From assembly GCA_040235515.1 (NCBI GenBank), contig JBECKX010000164.1, forward strand, positions 1 to 42,886: DNA of 42,886 bases, read 5' to 3'. Position 1 is the stretch's first letter, and every line of letters starts with the position of its first letter. Source of the stretch: Candidatus Zixiibacteriota bacterium (GTDB taxonomy: Bacteria; Zixibacteria; MSB-5A5; CAIYYT01). This document shows, one piece after another, positions 1 to 8,941 of this stretch. Position numbers and translations under genes: made by a program. A model generated the notes under the pieces. That model saw only the letters and a list, made by a program, of their open reading frames with translations, ran no database searches and was not told the origin of the DNA.

Positions 1-1253
1 GTCTATGGCTGTACAGCGAGGGGGACAAAGTCCTTATCAGTTCCGCCCTGGCAACTGACTCAGCCACGCTCACCTGGGGGAAGGATATGGGTAGCCTGCA
101 CGCGCGGATTCACACGCAGGGCTTCAATACAATCGTGCGTAGCTGGGACTACAAGAAGAAGGAGGCGATTGTCGCCAAATCGTCCAGTTCGACCGAACTC
201 TCATCGGCGGCCAAGAACGCCTCGAAAGTGGCAAAAGAAACCAAGTTATTCAGGGATGAGTCGTATATTGATATCAGGATGACTGGCACGGTGCCTGTCG
301 ATAGTTTCAAAACTGCTGCCAACGCCGCCGCCGAGGGTGCAAAGTCGGGCCTGGCGCGATGCAATGGGCAGACGAACGTGCCCGGTCTGAGAGTCGGTTT
401 TACCGTCAAGATCGAAGGCAGCGGCGCCGCCTGGAACAGCCAATATTTCGTGACCAAGGTCACGCACGTTATCGAGGAGGGGAGCTATTACAATTTCTTC
501 GAATCGCTTCCGCTCGATATCGCACACCCGGAGTGGCAAAATCCGAATCCTCCGATATCCGACTTCATCGTCGGGATCGTAACTAACCTGGATGATCCTG
601 ACAAGCTTGGTCGAGTAAAGGTAAAATTCCCCACTCTTGACAGTGCCGGCTCAGAGTTGGAAAGTGATTGGGCGCGAATCAGCTCACTGTATGCCGGCAA
701 TGAGCGCGGGATTTTCTTCCTGCCGGAAGTCGGTGATGAGGTGCTGGTCTGCTTCGAACGGGGCGATATCAATCACCCGATCGTGGTCGGCTGCCTCTGG
801 AATGGCAAAGACCAGCCTTCGATGGCTGATGCGAGCAACAGCGCTGCGGAAAATGACATCAAGACCATCTACACCAGGTCTGGTCACCAGATAACGTTCT
901 GCGACAAATCCGGGGGAGAGTCGATCAAGATTATCGACAGTAGCGAAGGCAACTTCATCATTATCAATACCTCAGAGCAAAAGATCAGCATAGTCTCGGA
1001 CAAAGATATCGCCATCGAAGCAGGCAAGGATATCACGCTGACTGCCAAGGGTGATATCAAACTCGAAGGGGCTAATATTTCGATGTCGGCGAAACAGAAG
1101 TTTGGTGTCGAGGGTGGATCCCAGGTCGATGTGAAATCGAACGGAATGATGAGCCTGGAGGCCAGCGCGACCGGCAAATTGAAGGGTGCCATGCTCGACC
1201 TGGATGGCGGTTCGATGTGTAATGTCAAGGGTGCCATGATTAAGCTGAACTAA
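1..1253 (+). CDS. vgrG: VgrG / baseplate spike protein (Gp5 OB-fold plus beta-helix), 5'-truncated by window edge
   Basis: Frame is open from base 3 (LWLYSEGDKV...). Gp5-OB motifs DPDKLGRVKVKFP and WARISSLYAG..RGIFFLPEVGDEVLVCFERGD; C-terminal beta-helix repeats end in GAMIKLN. Confidence 0.88.
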   Translation, partial: LWLYSEGDKVLISSALATDSATLTWGKDMGSLHARIHTQGFNTIVRSWDYKKKEAIVAKSSSSTELSSAAKNASKVAKETKLFRDESYIDIRMTGTVPVDSFKTAANAAAEGAKSGLARCNGQTNVPGLRVGFTVKIEGSGAAWNSQYFVTKVTHVIEEGSYYNFFESLPLDIAHPEWQNPNPPISDFIVGIVTNLDDPDKLGRVKVKFPTLDSAGSELESDWARISSLYAGNERGIFFLPEVGDEVLVCFERGDINHPIVVGCLWNGKDQPSMADASNSAAENDIKTIYTRSGHQITFCDKSGGESIKIIDSSEGNFIIINTSEQKISIVSDKDIAIEAGKDITLTAKGDIKLEGANISMSAKQKFGVEGGSQVDVKSNGMMSLEASATGKLKGAMLDLDGGSMCNVKGAMIKLN

Positions 1254-1276
1254 CGTTTGCAACGTATTGGAGATTG

Positions 1277-1621
1277 ATGGCCAACGAAGCTCTACGTGTT
1301 CCAATCGAATTAAAGGGTAGTCAATTTGTGCGCTCCACCTCCACGGTGGAGTTTGCCCGTTTTCTATTGGAAACTGAACTGGGCAGCTACGAACCTGATC
1401 TGGAATTCGGCTGCCGCTCTCCTTATTTCACTCCGGAGTATACCGAAGACCTGAGGGTCACGGTACGCAACCACGTGATCGAGCAGTTTCGTCGTTACAT
1501 GGGGCTTGATGTCAATGTCTTGATCTCTGAAAACGTGCAATCGGCGGTTGCGACCTTTGCCTGCGAGATCACCGGGACCGATAACCGCGGTGAGCGGTTC
1601 AAGCTAATCTGGGAGATATAG
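1277..1621 (+). CDS. tssE: gp25/TssE-like baseplate wedge protein
   Basis: 114 aa between vgrG and tssF; LLETELGSYEPDLEFGC resembles the gp25/TssE T..GE...D.EFGC motif; GGAG just upstream of ATG 1277. Confidence 0.62.
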   Translation: MANEALRVPIELKGSQFVRSTSTVEFARFLLETELGSYEPDLEFGCRSPYFTPEYTEDLRVTVRNHVIEQFRRYMGLDVNVLISENVQSAVATFACEITGTDNRGERFKLIWEI

Positions 1622-1624
1622 TCG

Positions 1625-3382
1625 ATGGCGGAAAAATGGAGTGATCGTCACGAACAAGCATACCAGGAAGTAGTGGATCGGCTGCGTTTCTGGGGTTATC
1701 CGGTACCGACCGGCGAGAAGCAGATGGACCCGGCGCTGCTGCTGATGCTAAAGACATTTGCGCATCACACCGTCGCGACCGAGGATCGCCTCAGGAAAGC
1801 TTCCGAAGAAGTGATCGACTCTTTTGTCAGCGAGTTCTTCCTGACCGGGTTGAAACGTCCGACGCCGGCATTCACGATGGTGTCGTGCACCTGCACCGAG
1901 CAACGCGCGATCGTTGAGGACGATCTGGAGTTCCGCTGTTCGATCGGTGGCCATAACCCTAAGGAGTATTCGTTCTATCCACTCTATTCCCAGGAGATCT
2001 ACGAGATCAACTCCGACCTGGTGATCTTCACTTCAGGTGAGTACCTGCGAGTGCTCAAGACCCTGCCGGAAGAAACGGAGAAGTGGGAAGAGGCACTTGA
2101 CTCGCCGGCGTATCGCAACATGAAACGACAGGAACCGCCGCCGCGCGGTGGCAGCTTCTATATCGGCGTGACCAGCTCACTCAATCTCGAGAATGTCGAG
2201 GGCATCACACTCTATCTCGGGCCCGACAGTCGAGTCGCCAATTCGTTGAAATGGGCGGACTGGAGCATCTTGAGCGAGAGCGGCTATGGCGACAGATTCA
2301 AGGCGGGCGCGTTCGAGGACCGCCTCGAGATATTCAAACATCTCGACATTCGTGAGTATGAATTCGATACGAACTTTTCCAGTCGTCTATACAGTTCCGA
2401 TTTGCTGACTTCGGGCAAGACGATGTGGCACTTCAAGCACTACCTGGGAGCGGCACGCAACTTCATTTATCTGCCGTCGGAGCATTTGAGTGTGGCAACC
2501 AAGATGACGGTACCGCCTGAGATCGAGCGCCGATTCGCTCATCTCGATTACTCCGGCCTCTCCACACCGCGCTGGTGGATCAAGGTTGATCTTGCGCCGG
2601 ACCACGAAATCGGCGACCTGCGGCGCTACCGGTACTTCGACACCAATACACTTCTGCTGATAAACCGCCAGAAATTGCATCGCAACAAGTACACGATGGG
2701 ACAGCCGGTGCTTGAAGTTAACCTGTTCGACAGTCCGACCGATGATGGTGAGCATCTACCTGACAAGCTATTTGCAATCGAGCGCGTCTGGGATTCGCGC
2801 GAGGATGAGTACGTCAACAGTCTGGACATGAGTGCCTACGGCAACCCCAGAAAGTACGTCGTTGCCGATGAGGAGGGCTCGATCAAGATCAAGTTCGACT
2901 TCCAGGTGAGCGGCAAATTGCCACCCGACTTCGTGGTGGTGGAGTACTCACTCACCGACGGCGAGAACGGTAACGGTATCGGCTCCGACGTCGAGATAGA
3001 GCTGGCGGGGGAGCATCCTCAGATAGAGGGTGTCCGCAATCTGCTCACATCCTCCGGGGGATCGAACGCCAAGACTCCGGAGGAGATCAAGCGGCTGATC
3101 GGTTTCTTCCTGCGCAACCATGGTACCGCTCTTTCCAATTCTGAGATCGAGTTTCTGGCTCGCAGTTTCGACACGAGGATTACCCGCGCTCGCGCGGAGC
3201 GAACGATTCTGCCCACCGACGGCGGATTGGTGCCATCGGTTCGGGTGGCGATCAATCTTGATCCCGGTGCAAAGATGGCCGATGAGGAAAAGCGCTGGAT
3301 GCTCGACCGGCTCAGTTCTTACCTCGACTGCTATACACCCCTTAACCTCAGGCTGATCGCCGAAATGGCCCCTGAAGGGTAG
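1625..3382 (+). CDS. tssF: T6SS baseplate protein TssF (Bacteroidota T6SS-iii-like)
   Basis: 585 aa; N-terminus RLRFWGY...MDPALLLMLKTFA matches the T6SS-iii TssF pattern (WG...DP...L); C-terminal TDGENGNGI and NLLTSSGG baseplate-J-like motifs. Confidence 0.75.
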   Translation: MAEKWSDRHEQAYQEVVDRLRFWGYPVPTGEKQMDPALLLMLKTFAHHTVATEDRLRKASEEVIDSFVSEFFLTGLKRPTPAFTMVSCTCTEQRAIVEDDLEFRCSIGGHNPKEYSFYPLYSQEIYEINSDLVIFTSGEYLRVLKTLPEETEKWEEALDSPAYRNMKRQEPPPRGGSFYIGVTSSLNLENVEGITLYLGPDSRVANSLKWADWSILSESGYGDRFKAGAFEDRLEIFKHLDIREYEFDTNFSSRLYSSDLLTSGKTMWHFKHYLGAARNFIYLPSEHLSVATKMTVPPEIERRFAHLDYSGLSTPRWWIKVDLAPDHEIGDLRRYRYFDTNTLLLINRQKLHRNKYTMGQPVLEVNLFDSPTDDGEHLPDKLFAIERVWDSREDEYVNSLDMSAYGNPRKYVVADEEGSIKIKFDFQVSGKLPPDFVVVEYSLTDGENGNGIGSDVEIELAGEHPQIEGVRNLLTSSGGSNAKTPEEIKRLIGFFLRNHGTALSNSEIEFLARSFDTRITRARAERTILPTDGGLVPSVRVAINLDPGAKMADEEKRWMLDRLSSYLDCYTPLNLRLIAEMAPEG

Positions 3383-3424
3383 TGCCGGAGTGTGGATGGA
3401 ATCGAAAGCTGCCATGGTGACTGA

Positions 3425-4345
3425 ATGAAGACCGGATTTATTACACAGCATCAGCCAGTCAACAAGCGCACCCGGCTGTCGGAGTTTTCACTGCTGCTGG
3501 CAAAGCTCGATGTTAAGGCGCAGCAGTTTTATTTCCGCAGCCTGGAGGCGCACGGCAATTATCACACGGACATCAAGTCGATCCGAACGGTGGCCACCCG
3601 CGGCGAGGGGCGCAGGGAGGAGCGTGTCGTCGACGCGCATCTGCCCTCATTCAAGAATTACTTCCCGGAATCTTTCTTTGTAGAGCTTCTCGAGGAATCG
3701 GACACGCTCGCGGGCAGATTCGAGGACCGTTTCCTCGAGTTCTGGAGCGCCTTCGACACGACAACCTACCGGAACTGGATCGACATTTACACGCTGCAGC
3801 TGCGGATGCTCTTTGTCGTGTCAGACGAGGAAACCGAAAACCTCTACTGGCAGCGACTCGGTGGCGATATGCCGAGCCTGCCGCCGGAAGAACGGAGATT
3901 TCTTTTGCTCCTGCGGTTCTTTGGCCCATTCCTGCGTGGTCGCTCGCTCCTCTTTGATCGGATCATTCCAGCTTTCACGGGCAAGCCGACCCATGTCGAA
4001 GAGTTTGTGCCGGCCCAGACCGAGATCCCGGAGCAGTTGCAATGGTCATTGGGCAAGAAAAACAGCCGCCTGGGGCGTGACATTTTCCCGGGTCGCCAAT
4101 TCACGCAAAACTCGACGCGGTTCCGGGTAGTCCTGGAGCAACTGGACGAAGAAGATATTCCTGATTTTATTCCTCATGGTAAACGCCGGGTGTTGTTGGA
4201 GAACCTGAGCAGGCTGTTTGCGCCTGCACATCAGGATTCGCAGCTCGAATACCGATTCAAGGCGGGTCTGCAATTGTTCACTCCGGGCACGCAACACCAA
4301 ACAGCTTACCTGGGACTTTCAACATACTTGCGGGAGACCTTTTAG
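3425..4345 (+). CDS. tssG: T6SS baseplate protein TssG
   Basis: 306 aa directly after tssF; C-terminal WSLGKKNSRLGRD..PG, DFIPHGK and YLGLSTYL motifs are typical of TssG. Confidence 0.7.
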   Translation: MKTGFITQHQPVNKRTRLSEFSLLLAKLDVKAQQFYFRSLEAHGNYHTDIKSIRTVATRGEGRREERVVDAHLPSFKNYFPESFFVELLEESDTLAGRFEDRFLEFWSAFDTTTYRNWIDIYTLQLRMLFVVSDEETENLYWQRLGGDMPSLPPEERRFLLLLRFFGPFLRGRSLLFDRIIPAFTGKPTHVEEFVPAQTEIPEQLQWSLGKKNSRLGRDIFPGRQFTQNSTRFRVVLEQLDEEDIPDFIPHGKRRVLLENLSRLFAPAHQDSQLEYRFKAGLQLFTPGTQHQTAYLGLSTYLRETF

Positions 4346-4420
4346 CGGGGTATATTGCTGGCCAAATTGCCGGCTAATCTGCGCGGTTTTATCATCGGTG
4401 CTACAGGTTTGCAGCGCAGG

Positions 4421-4429
4421 TGGTAAACT
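4421..4429 (+). promoter_or_regulatory. Possible extended -10 internal promoter upstream of tssK
   Basis: TGGTAAACT (TGn-TAAACT) in the 134-bp tssG-tssK gap, about 50 nt before ATG 4480; no clear -35. Confidence 0.25.
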
Positions 4430-4479
4430 CCCGACAAGAGTCTTGGCAGAACTCTTTATCTGAATGGGCAGAAAGCAGT

Positions 4480-5952
4480 ATGGATAATCTAAATGTATGG
4501 GGCGTAAACTGGATCGACGGTATGCTCGTAACCAGTCGCCACTTGAATCAACAGGAAGAATTCGCGCAGAACCTGACTCGCTGGTCAGCATTAGCGCTTG
4601 CCCCCGGCTATGGCCTTGCCAAGAGCGCCATCAGCAACAGCGAACCGCTCGAGATCCAATTGAGGCGCAGCGGGAATACGCTGACAGTGGAAGTACAACA
4701 TTGCACCGCGTTGTTGCCCAACGGCACAATCGTCAACATCAACGACGCCTTCCGCAAACACAAGGCGGTTGAGTTGAAGATCGATGTCTCCAAGCGCAAC
4801 GATGATACGATCCCGGTGTTCCTCTACTCTGCAACCGACAAAGTCACACAGTTCGGCGAGCCGCTGCAGGGTGAACAACTGAGCCGGTTGCCTTACCAGA
4901 CTCCCAAGATCATCCTGACCGATAAGCCGTCGGAGGATTTGCCGAGTTCCGCGTCGATACAACTTGCCGAGATCAAGTACGATGGGACCGACTACGAGTT
5001 GAATGAGCGATTCGTCCCGCCGGTGCTTTCGACCTCGTGCGGTAAAGCGGTCGGCAATCGTATGGAGCAGGTTCGCAAGAATGTTGACCAGATACAGCGC
5101 GCCGCGCTGCAGGCGGTGGCGGAGGTTCGCAACCTGGTCAAAGCCAAGCCATCCGCCGGTGAGGAGGAGCGGCTGCGCGGGATTTTCCTGCAGTCGGAGA
5201 ATCTCCTGCACCTGTTGAGCTTCAACTACAACAGAATCTTCGCCAACGCGGTCGGCGTTGACTTTCCGACCCTGCATTGCTTCTTCACAGGTATCGTCGG
5301 CAGTTTCCAGCAGGCATTCCTGATCTATCCCGATCTGCGCGAGTATGTTCGAGCCGCAGAATTGCAGGCAGGCGAGCGCACGGTGAACGGCGGGGACGCC
5401 CTCTCCTCTCTCCGTGACTATCAGACCGGCAACTTCGGTTTCCATGAGATGACACAGTTCTTCGACGCAACAGACAAGACATTCGAGAACCTGCAGGCGA
5501 TCTTGAGCTACTACTCCTCCGGTAAGGAGGGTCCGAAGGGTGACTCTATCGAACAGGACGGATTCCGTTTCCTGGCGCAACGTCACGGAGCAGTCCGTTA
5601 CACAGCCAGCGGTGGAAGACACCTGATCGTCATCGACGGTGTCGATCCGCGCGCTACAGAGGATGTTGTGGTGAGATTGCACAAGAAGGTCCTGCCGATG
5701 CAGTATGCGGGCAACGTGATCATCTACCTCGGCGCCAATGAGATCGACGATATCGCTGCCGCGTCGGTGGCACGCAAGCCGGTGGAGGATGTATCCGATC
5801 CCGATTACTGGCTGATCCAGCCGAATGAATATTTCCCGCTCAAAGCGAGCCGCCTTGATCGACTCAATGTGATCATTGATGGTGAGGTTGATGCTGCAGC
5901 CTTGAAAGCGGTACAGATGAATCACGTCGCAATCTTCTCGCGGTCGCGTTAG
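4480..5952 (+). CDS. tssK: T6SS baseplate-membrane connector TssK with C-terminal extra domain
   Basis: VNWIDGMLVTSRHLNQQE is the TssK N-terminal signature, with GYGL and LNERFVPPVLS motifs; ATG 4480 preferred over GTG 4420; 490 aa. Confidence 0.75.
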   Translation: MDNLNVWGVNWIDGMLVTSRHLNQQEEFAQNLTRWSALALAPGYGLAKSAISNSEPLEIQLRRSGNTLTVEVQHCTALLPNGTIVNINDAFRKHKAVELKIDVSKRNDDTIPVFLYSATDKVTQFGEPLQGEQLSRLPYQTPKIILTDKPSEDLPSSASIQLAEIKYDGTDYELNERFVPPVLSTSCGKAVGNRMEQVRKNVDQIQRAALQAVAEVRNLVKAKPSAGEEERLRGIFLQSENLLHLLSFNYNRIFANAVGVDFPTLHCFFTGIVGSFQQAFLIYPDLREYVRAAELQAGERTVNGGDALSSLRDYQTGNFGFHEMTQFFDATDKTFENLQAILSYYSSGKEGPKGDSIEQDGFRFLAQRHGAVRYTASGGRHLIVIDGVDPRATEDVVVRLHKKVLPMQYAGNVIIYLGANEIDDIAAASVARKPVEDVSDPDYWLIQPNEYFPLKASRLDRLNVIIDGEVDAAALKAVQMNHVAIFSRSR

Positions 5953-5972
5953 GCGAGGTTCAGAGAGAGAGC

Positions 5973-6971
5973 ATGTCGGAACGCGTTAAAGCTGTCATCA
6001 ATTCCCTCTTCGTTCAGCTTAATCGAGCAGAGCGCCAGCAATCTGATTTCAGCGCTGATACATTCATGCGCGACTTCGCTGCGTTCTTTTCGGGCGTGGA
6101 CAGTGCTGACATGCAGACTCAGGGTGGGGAAATCGACGAGCAGCTCAAGCTGCGCATCAATAATGTCCCACGCAACGCCCAGCCCCTGACACTCGTTACC
6201 GCCAACGTCCTGGCTCTCTATTTCTGGTATGTGCGTCGCCCACCCCAGCAGTGCCAGAACGCGTTCCTGGCCGCGAAGAAGCTCCGCGGAATCACCGACG
6301 ACAGCCAGTTCGTCGAACAGGCGATAGCGCCATTGATTTTCGGCGGCAAGATCCCGGCACTGAAGAAATCGGATCGCGACTTCCGCGAGGCGTTGCTTGA
6401 ACGGACGGCACAGATTGCCGTCAATTTCCGCGAGAGCGATCAGGTTCCGCAATCGGCGACTCGTATCATTCGCTCCGATTCGTGGCAGAAGAAGATGCTG
6501 CACATCGAGGCACTGCGGCAGCGCGGGGCGATGGCGGAAATCCAGGACTTCGCGCCGAAAGATCACCTCGAGGCGATCTCGCGCACCAATGATTTTGCAG
6601 CCTACTATCTGCGTAAACACAATATCTACAAAGGCGAAAACCGTTTCCTGCGCTGGCTGCGAAACCTGTTCGCCAATTTCTTCTCACTGCTGTTTTCGTT
6701 CCTCAACTGGCGTTTCGTCATGCACCTGTTCAAGAACAAGTGGCCGGTATACCTGGTCTACCTTTTCGTCGCGGTGCTGTTTGTTGCGGCAGCGTACTTC
6801 GCTCGCGTACCGTGGCAGTATGTCCATGAACAGAAAGTGGAAGAACTGCAGGAGATGAACCCGATCGGCGTCGATAAAGCCGTATCGGCGGCATCGACCA
6901 AACCAACACCAGCGGTTAATCCAGCCGGTGCGGATTCTGTGGATACCTCTGATCAAGAGAGTGAGGGATAA
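5973..6971 (+). CDS. Hypothetical membrane protein, helical N-terminal domain plus C-terminal TM helix (TssL-like topology)
   Basis: 332 aa; hydrophobic stretch WPVYLVYLFVAVLFVAAAYF near the C-terminus, followed by a short low-complexity tail; co-oriented and tightly spaced after tssK. Confidence 0.8.
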   Translation: MSERVKAVINSLFVQLNRAERQQSDFSADTFMRDFAAFFSGVDSADMQTQGGEIDEQLKLRINNVPRNAQPLTLVTANVLALYFWYVRRPPQQCQNAFLAAKKLRGITDDSQFVEQAIAPLIFGGKIPALKKSDRDFREALLERTAQIAVNFRESDQVPQSATRIIRSDSWQKKMLHIEALRQRGAMAEIQDFAPKDHLEAISRTNDFAAYYLRKHNIYKGENRFLRWLRNLFANFFSLLFSFLNWRFVMHLFKNKWPVYLVYLFVAVLFVAAAYFARVPWQYVHEQKVEELQEMNPIGVDKAVSAASTKPTPAVNPAGADSVDTSDQESEG

Positions 6972-6973
6972 CG

Positions 6974-8887
6974 ATGAATCCGTTTGCTCTGATCAAGAAA
7001 GTGTTCACTGCCTTCAAGAAGAAGTCGGCAGAACAGGCTGAAGCCGATAAGGGGCCGGCCGGTGCGCCATTTGAGAAGGATGATAACGTTGTCCTGGTCT
7101 TCGGCCATTCCAATGCCGGAAAGACGGTATACTTCTCCGTCCTGTACGAACTGCTAAAAGGCGATTCTTCCTACAAGCTATCTCCCTTAAACAATGAGAC
7201 CGCCGCCACGCTGATCGAGAATTTCAATCTGATGCGGGGCAAGCAGCTCAAGATCAAAGATGGACGGCAGGTGGAGGTGGAAGGGGAGCGGAAATTCCCG
7301 ACGATGACTTCCGAGACCAGAATCTTGAAGTTTGGGCTCGATATGTCGCTCCGCAAGGGAGTCAAGTTCTATACGGTCGACTACAAGGGCGAGACGCTTT
7401 CGATCGCCGAACCGGGTGGTCTGCGCAAGCAATTCGCCAAGTTCTTCCCGCACGCGCGCGCGGCACTATTTTTCATTGATGCATCGGTACTCGATACCGA
7501 CGTCCTGCTGCGGGAACAGATTGCGGCGTTCCAGACGATCATCGCCGACCTGCGTGATTGTTCACCCGGCAGGGTCCCGATCGGTATCGTCATCACCAAG
7601 GCGGATTTCCTGGATGGCTATTCTCCCTCCAACCCGGTCGACCTGATACCGGCCAATGCCGCGATTTTCAAGGGCCGCAGCTCACAGTCGTTTATCAAGG
7701 GTCTGGCGCGGGTGAATCGCGAACGCTTCGGGGAGAAGTGGGCCAATACATGTGAACGCGTGACTCAAAACTTGCGGAACCTGATCGATTCGATGATCAG
7801 CTACAACCTCGATTTCCAATTCTTCTTCGTCTCCGCGACCGGCGGCCTTGAAAAGACTCCCAGTGGGGACGTCCTCCCCCCACGTGAGTTGGCGCCCGCC
7901 GGAGTCCCGCAACCACTCATCTGGGGATTCAACCGCATCCTCTTCAACAAGAGCAAGGCGCGCTGGAGGAAGATAATGAAGTGGGCCATCGGGTTGAGCC
8001 TGGTCTGGATTGCATTGGTCAGCCTGATCAACCTGTACCACATGTATGCCACCTACGATGTTCTGGAGAGGGCTGAGACGCAATTCCGCAAACGCTTCAA
8101 CCTGGAGGCGCCGGAGATCAGCAAAGAGGAGGCGGAGCGGATCACTGATTCGTACGATGATTACCTCAGCCGCCTGCCGGTAGCGGAGTTCTTCGGCGCA
8201 GGAGCACTGATCGAGCACAGCAAGGAGCGAAAGAATTTCGCAATCTCAAGGACCAACAATCTGCTCAAGCCACCGGCGGACTTCAACCAGGAGGATGCCG
8301 CCCCTGTCACCAATGAGGAACTCGGGTATAGTCCTGAGAAGACCAAACAAGCTCGTGAGAGTTACAACCGCATGACCGGAGATGTCGGGGATCTGCCTCC
8401 TGCTGAGCAGATTGCTGCGTTTGAGGCGGCAATCAACAAGCTCTGGACCGAGTTTCCGAAGGATAGCCTGAATCCGAAGTTCGTGGAGAAGGTGATGCAG
8501 GCGCTCGACAACTTCAAGTCCGGTGTGGGGGCTGTATCAGAAGTCAAGTTTACACTTACGCTGGCTGTCGATGGTCTGCGTGAAGCTACGAAGATTTCTA
8601 TGAAGATCGGGACCGAGCCGGAAGCGGAATTCGTCAACTTCTCGACAAAGAAGAACCTGCAGAGCAAAGTCACTGGTATCGGAAACCAGCCGGTGGAACT
8701 CAAGTGGTTCGACTACGGACCCTCCAGTACCGGTCAGCCGCTAACGATGCGGTTCGACAACCCGATGCAGGACTTCTATCCCGAACTACGTAAAGGTGTG
8801 CGTCTCGATTTCGGAAAGGATTATGAGATTACACTCAAGCTGATTTCCGGATCGCCGCCACAACCTTCGGGACCTCCGAAGATCTAG
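6974..8887 (+). CDS. Membrane-anchored TRAFAC-class GTPase with C-terminal extracytoplasmic domain (TssM-like topology)
   Basis: G1 GHSNAGKT (7103-7126), G3 DYKG, G4 TKAD, G5 SAT; TM helix WAIGLSLVWIALVSLINL; about 280 aa helical then beta-rich region after the TM. Confidence 0.85.
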   Translation: MNPFALIKKVFTAFKKKSAEQAEADKGPAGAPFEKDDNVVLVFGHSNAGKTVYFSVLYELLKGDSSYKLSPLNNETAATLIENFNLMRGKQLKIKDGRQVEVEGERKFPTMTSETRILKFGLDMSLRKGVKFYTVDYKGETLSIAEPGGLRKQFAKFFPHARAALFFIDASVLDTDVLLREQIAAFQTIIADLRDCSPGRVPIGIVITKADFLDGYSPSNPVDLIPANAAIFKGRSSQSFIKGLARVNRERFGEKWANTCERVTQNLRNLIDSMISYNLDFQFFFVSATGGLEKTPSGDVLPPRELAPAGVPQPLIWGFNRILFNKSKARWRKIMKWAIGLSLVWIALVSLINLYHMYATYDVLERAETQFRKRFNLEAPEISKEEAERITDSYDDYLSRLPVAEFFGAGALIEHSKERKNFAISRTNNLLKPPADFNQEDAAPVTNEELGYSPEKTKQARESYNRMTGDVGDLPPAEQIAAFEAAINKLWTEFPKDSLNPKFVEKVMQALDNFKSGVGAVSEVKFTLTLAVDGLREATKISMKIGTEPEAEFVNFSTKKNLQSKVTGIGNQPVELKWFDYGPSSTGQPLTMRFDNPMQDFYPELRKGVRLDFGKDYEITLKLISGSPPQPSGPPKI

Positions 8888-8941
8888 CAACCACTTCAAT
8901 CGGCCAACTCCCAAACCACCGGCAATTCGAGGGCAGCTAGC

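Noticed and set aside
1..4345. Prophage tail module
   Set aside because: TssK and membrane genes follow, and there are no capsid, tail fibre, lysis or integrase genes.
4591..5925. 444-aa antisense ORF (also 20067-20996, 21041-22165, 38544-39380)
   Set aside because: Shadow ORFs opposite well-supported genes, with no motifs.
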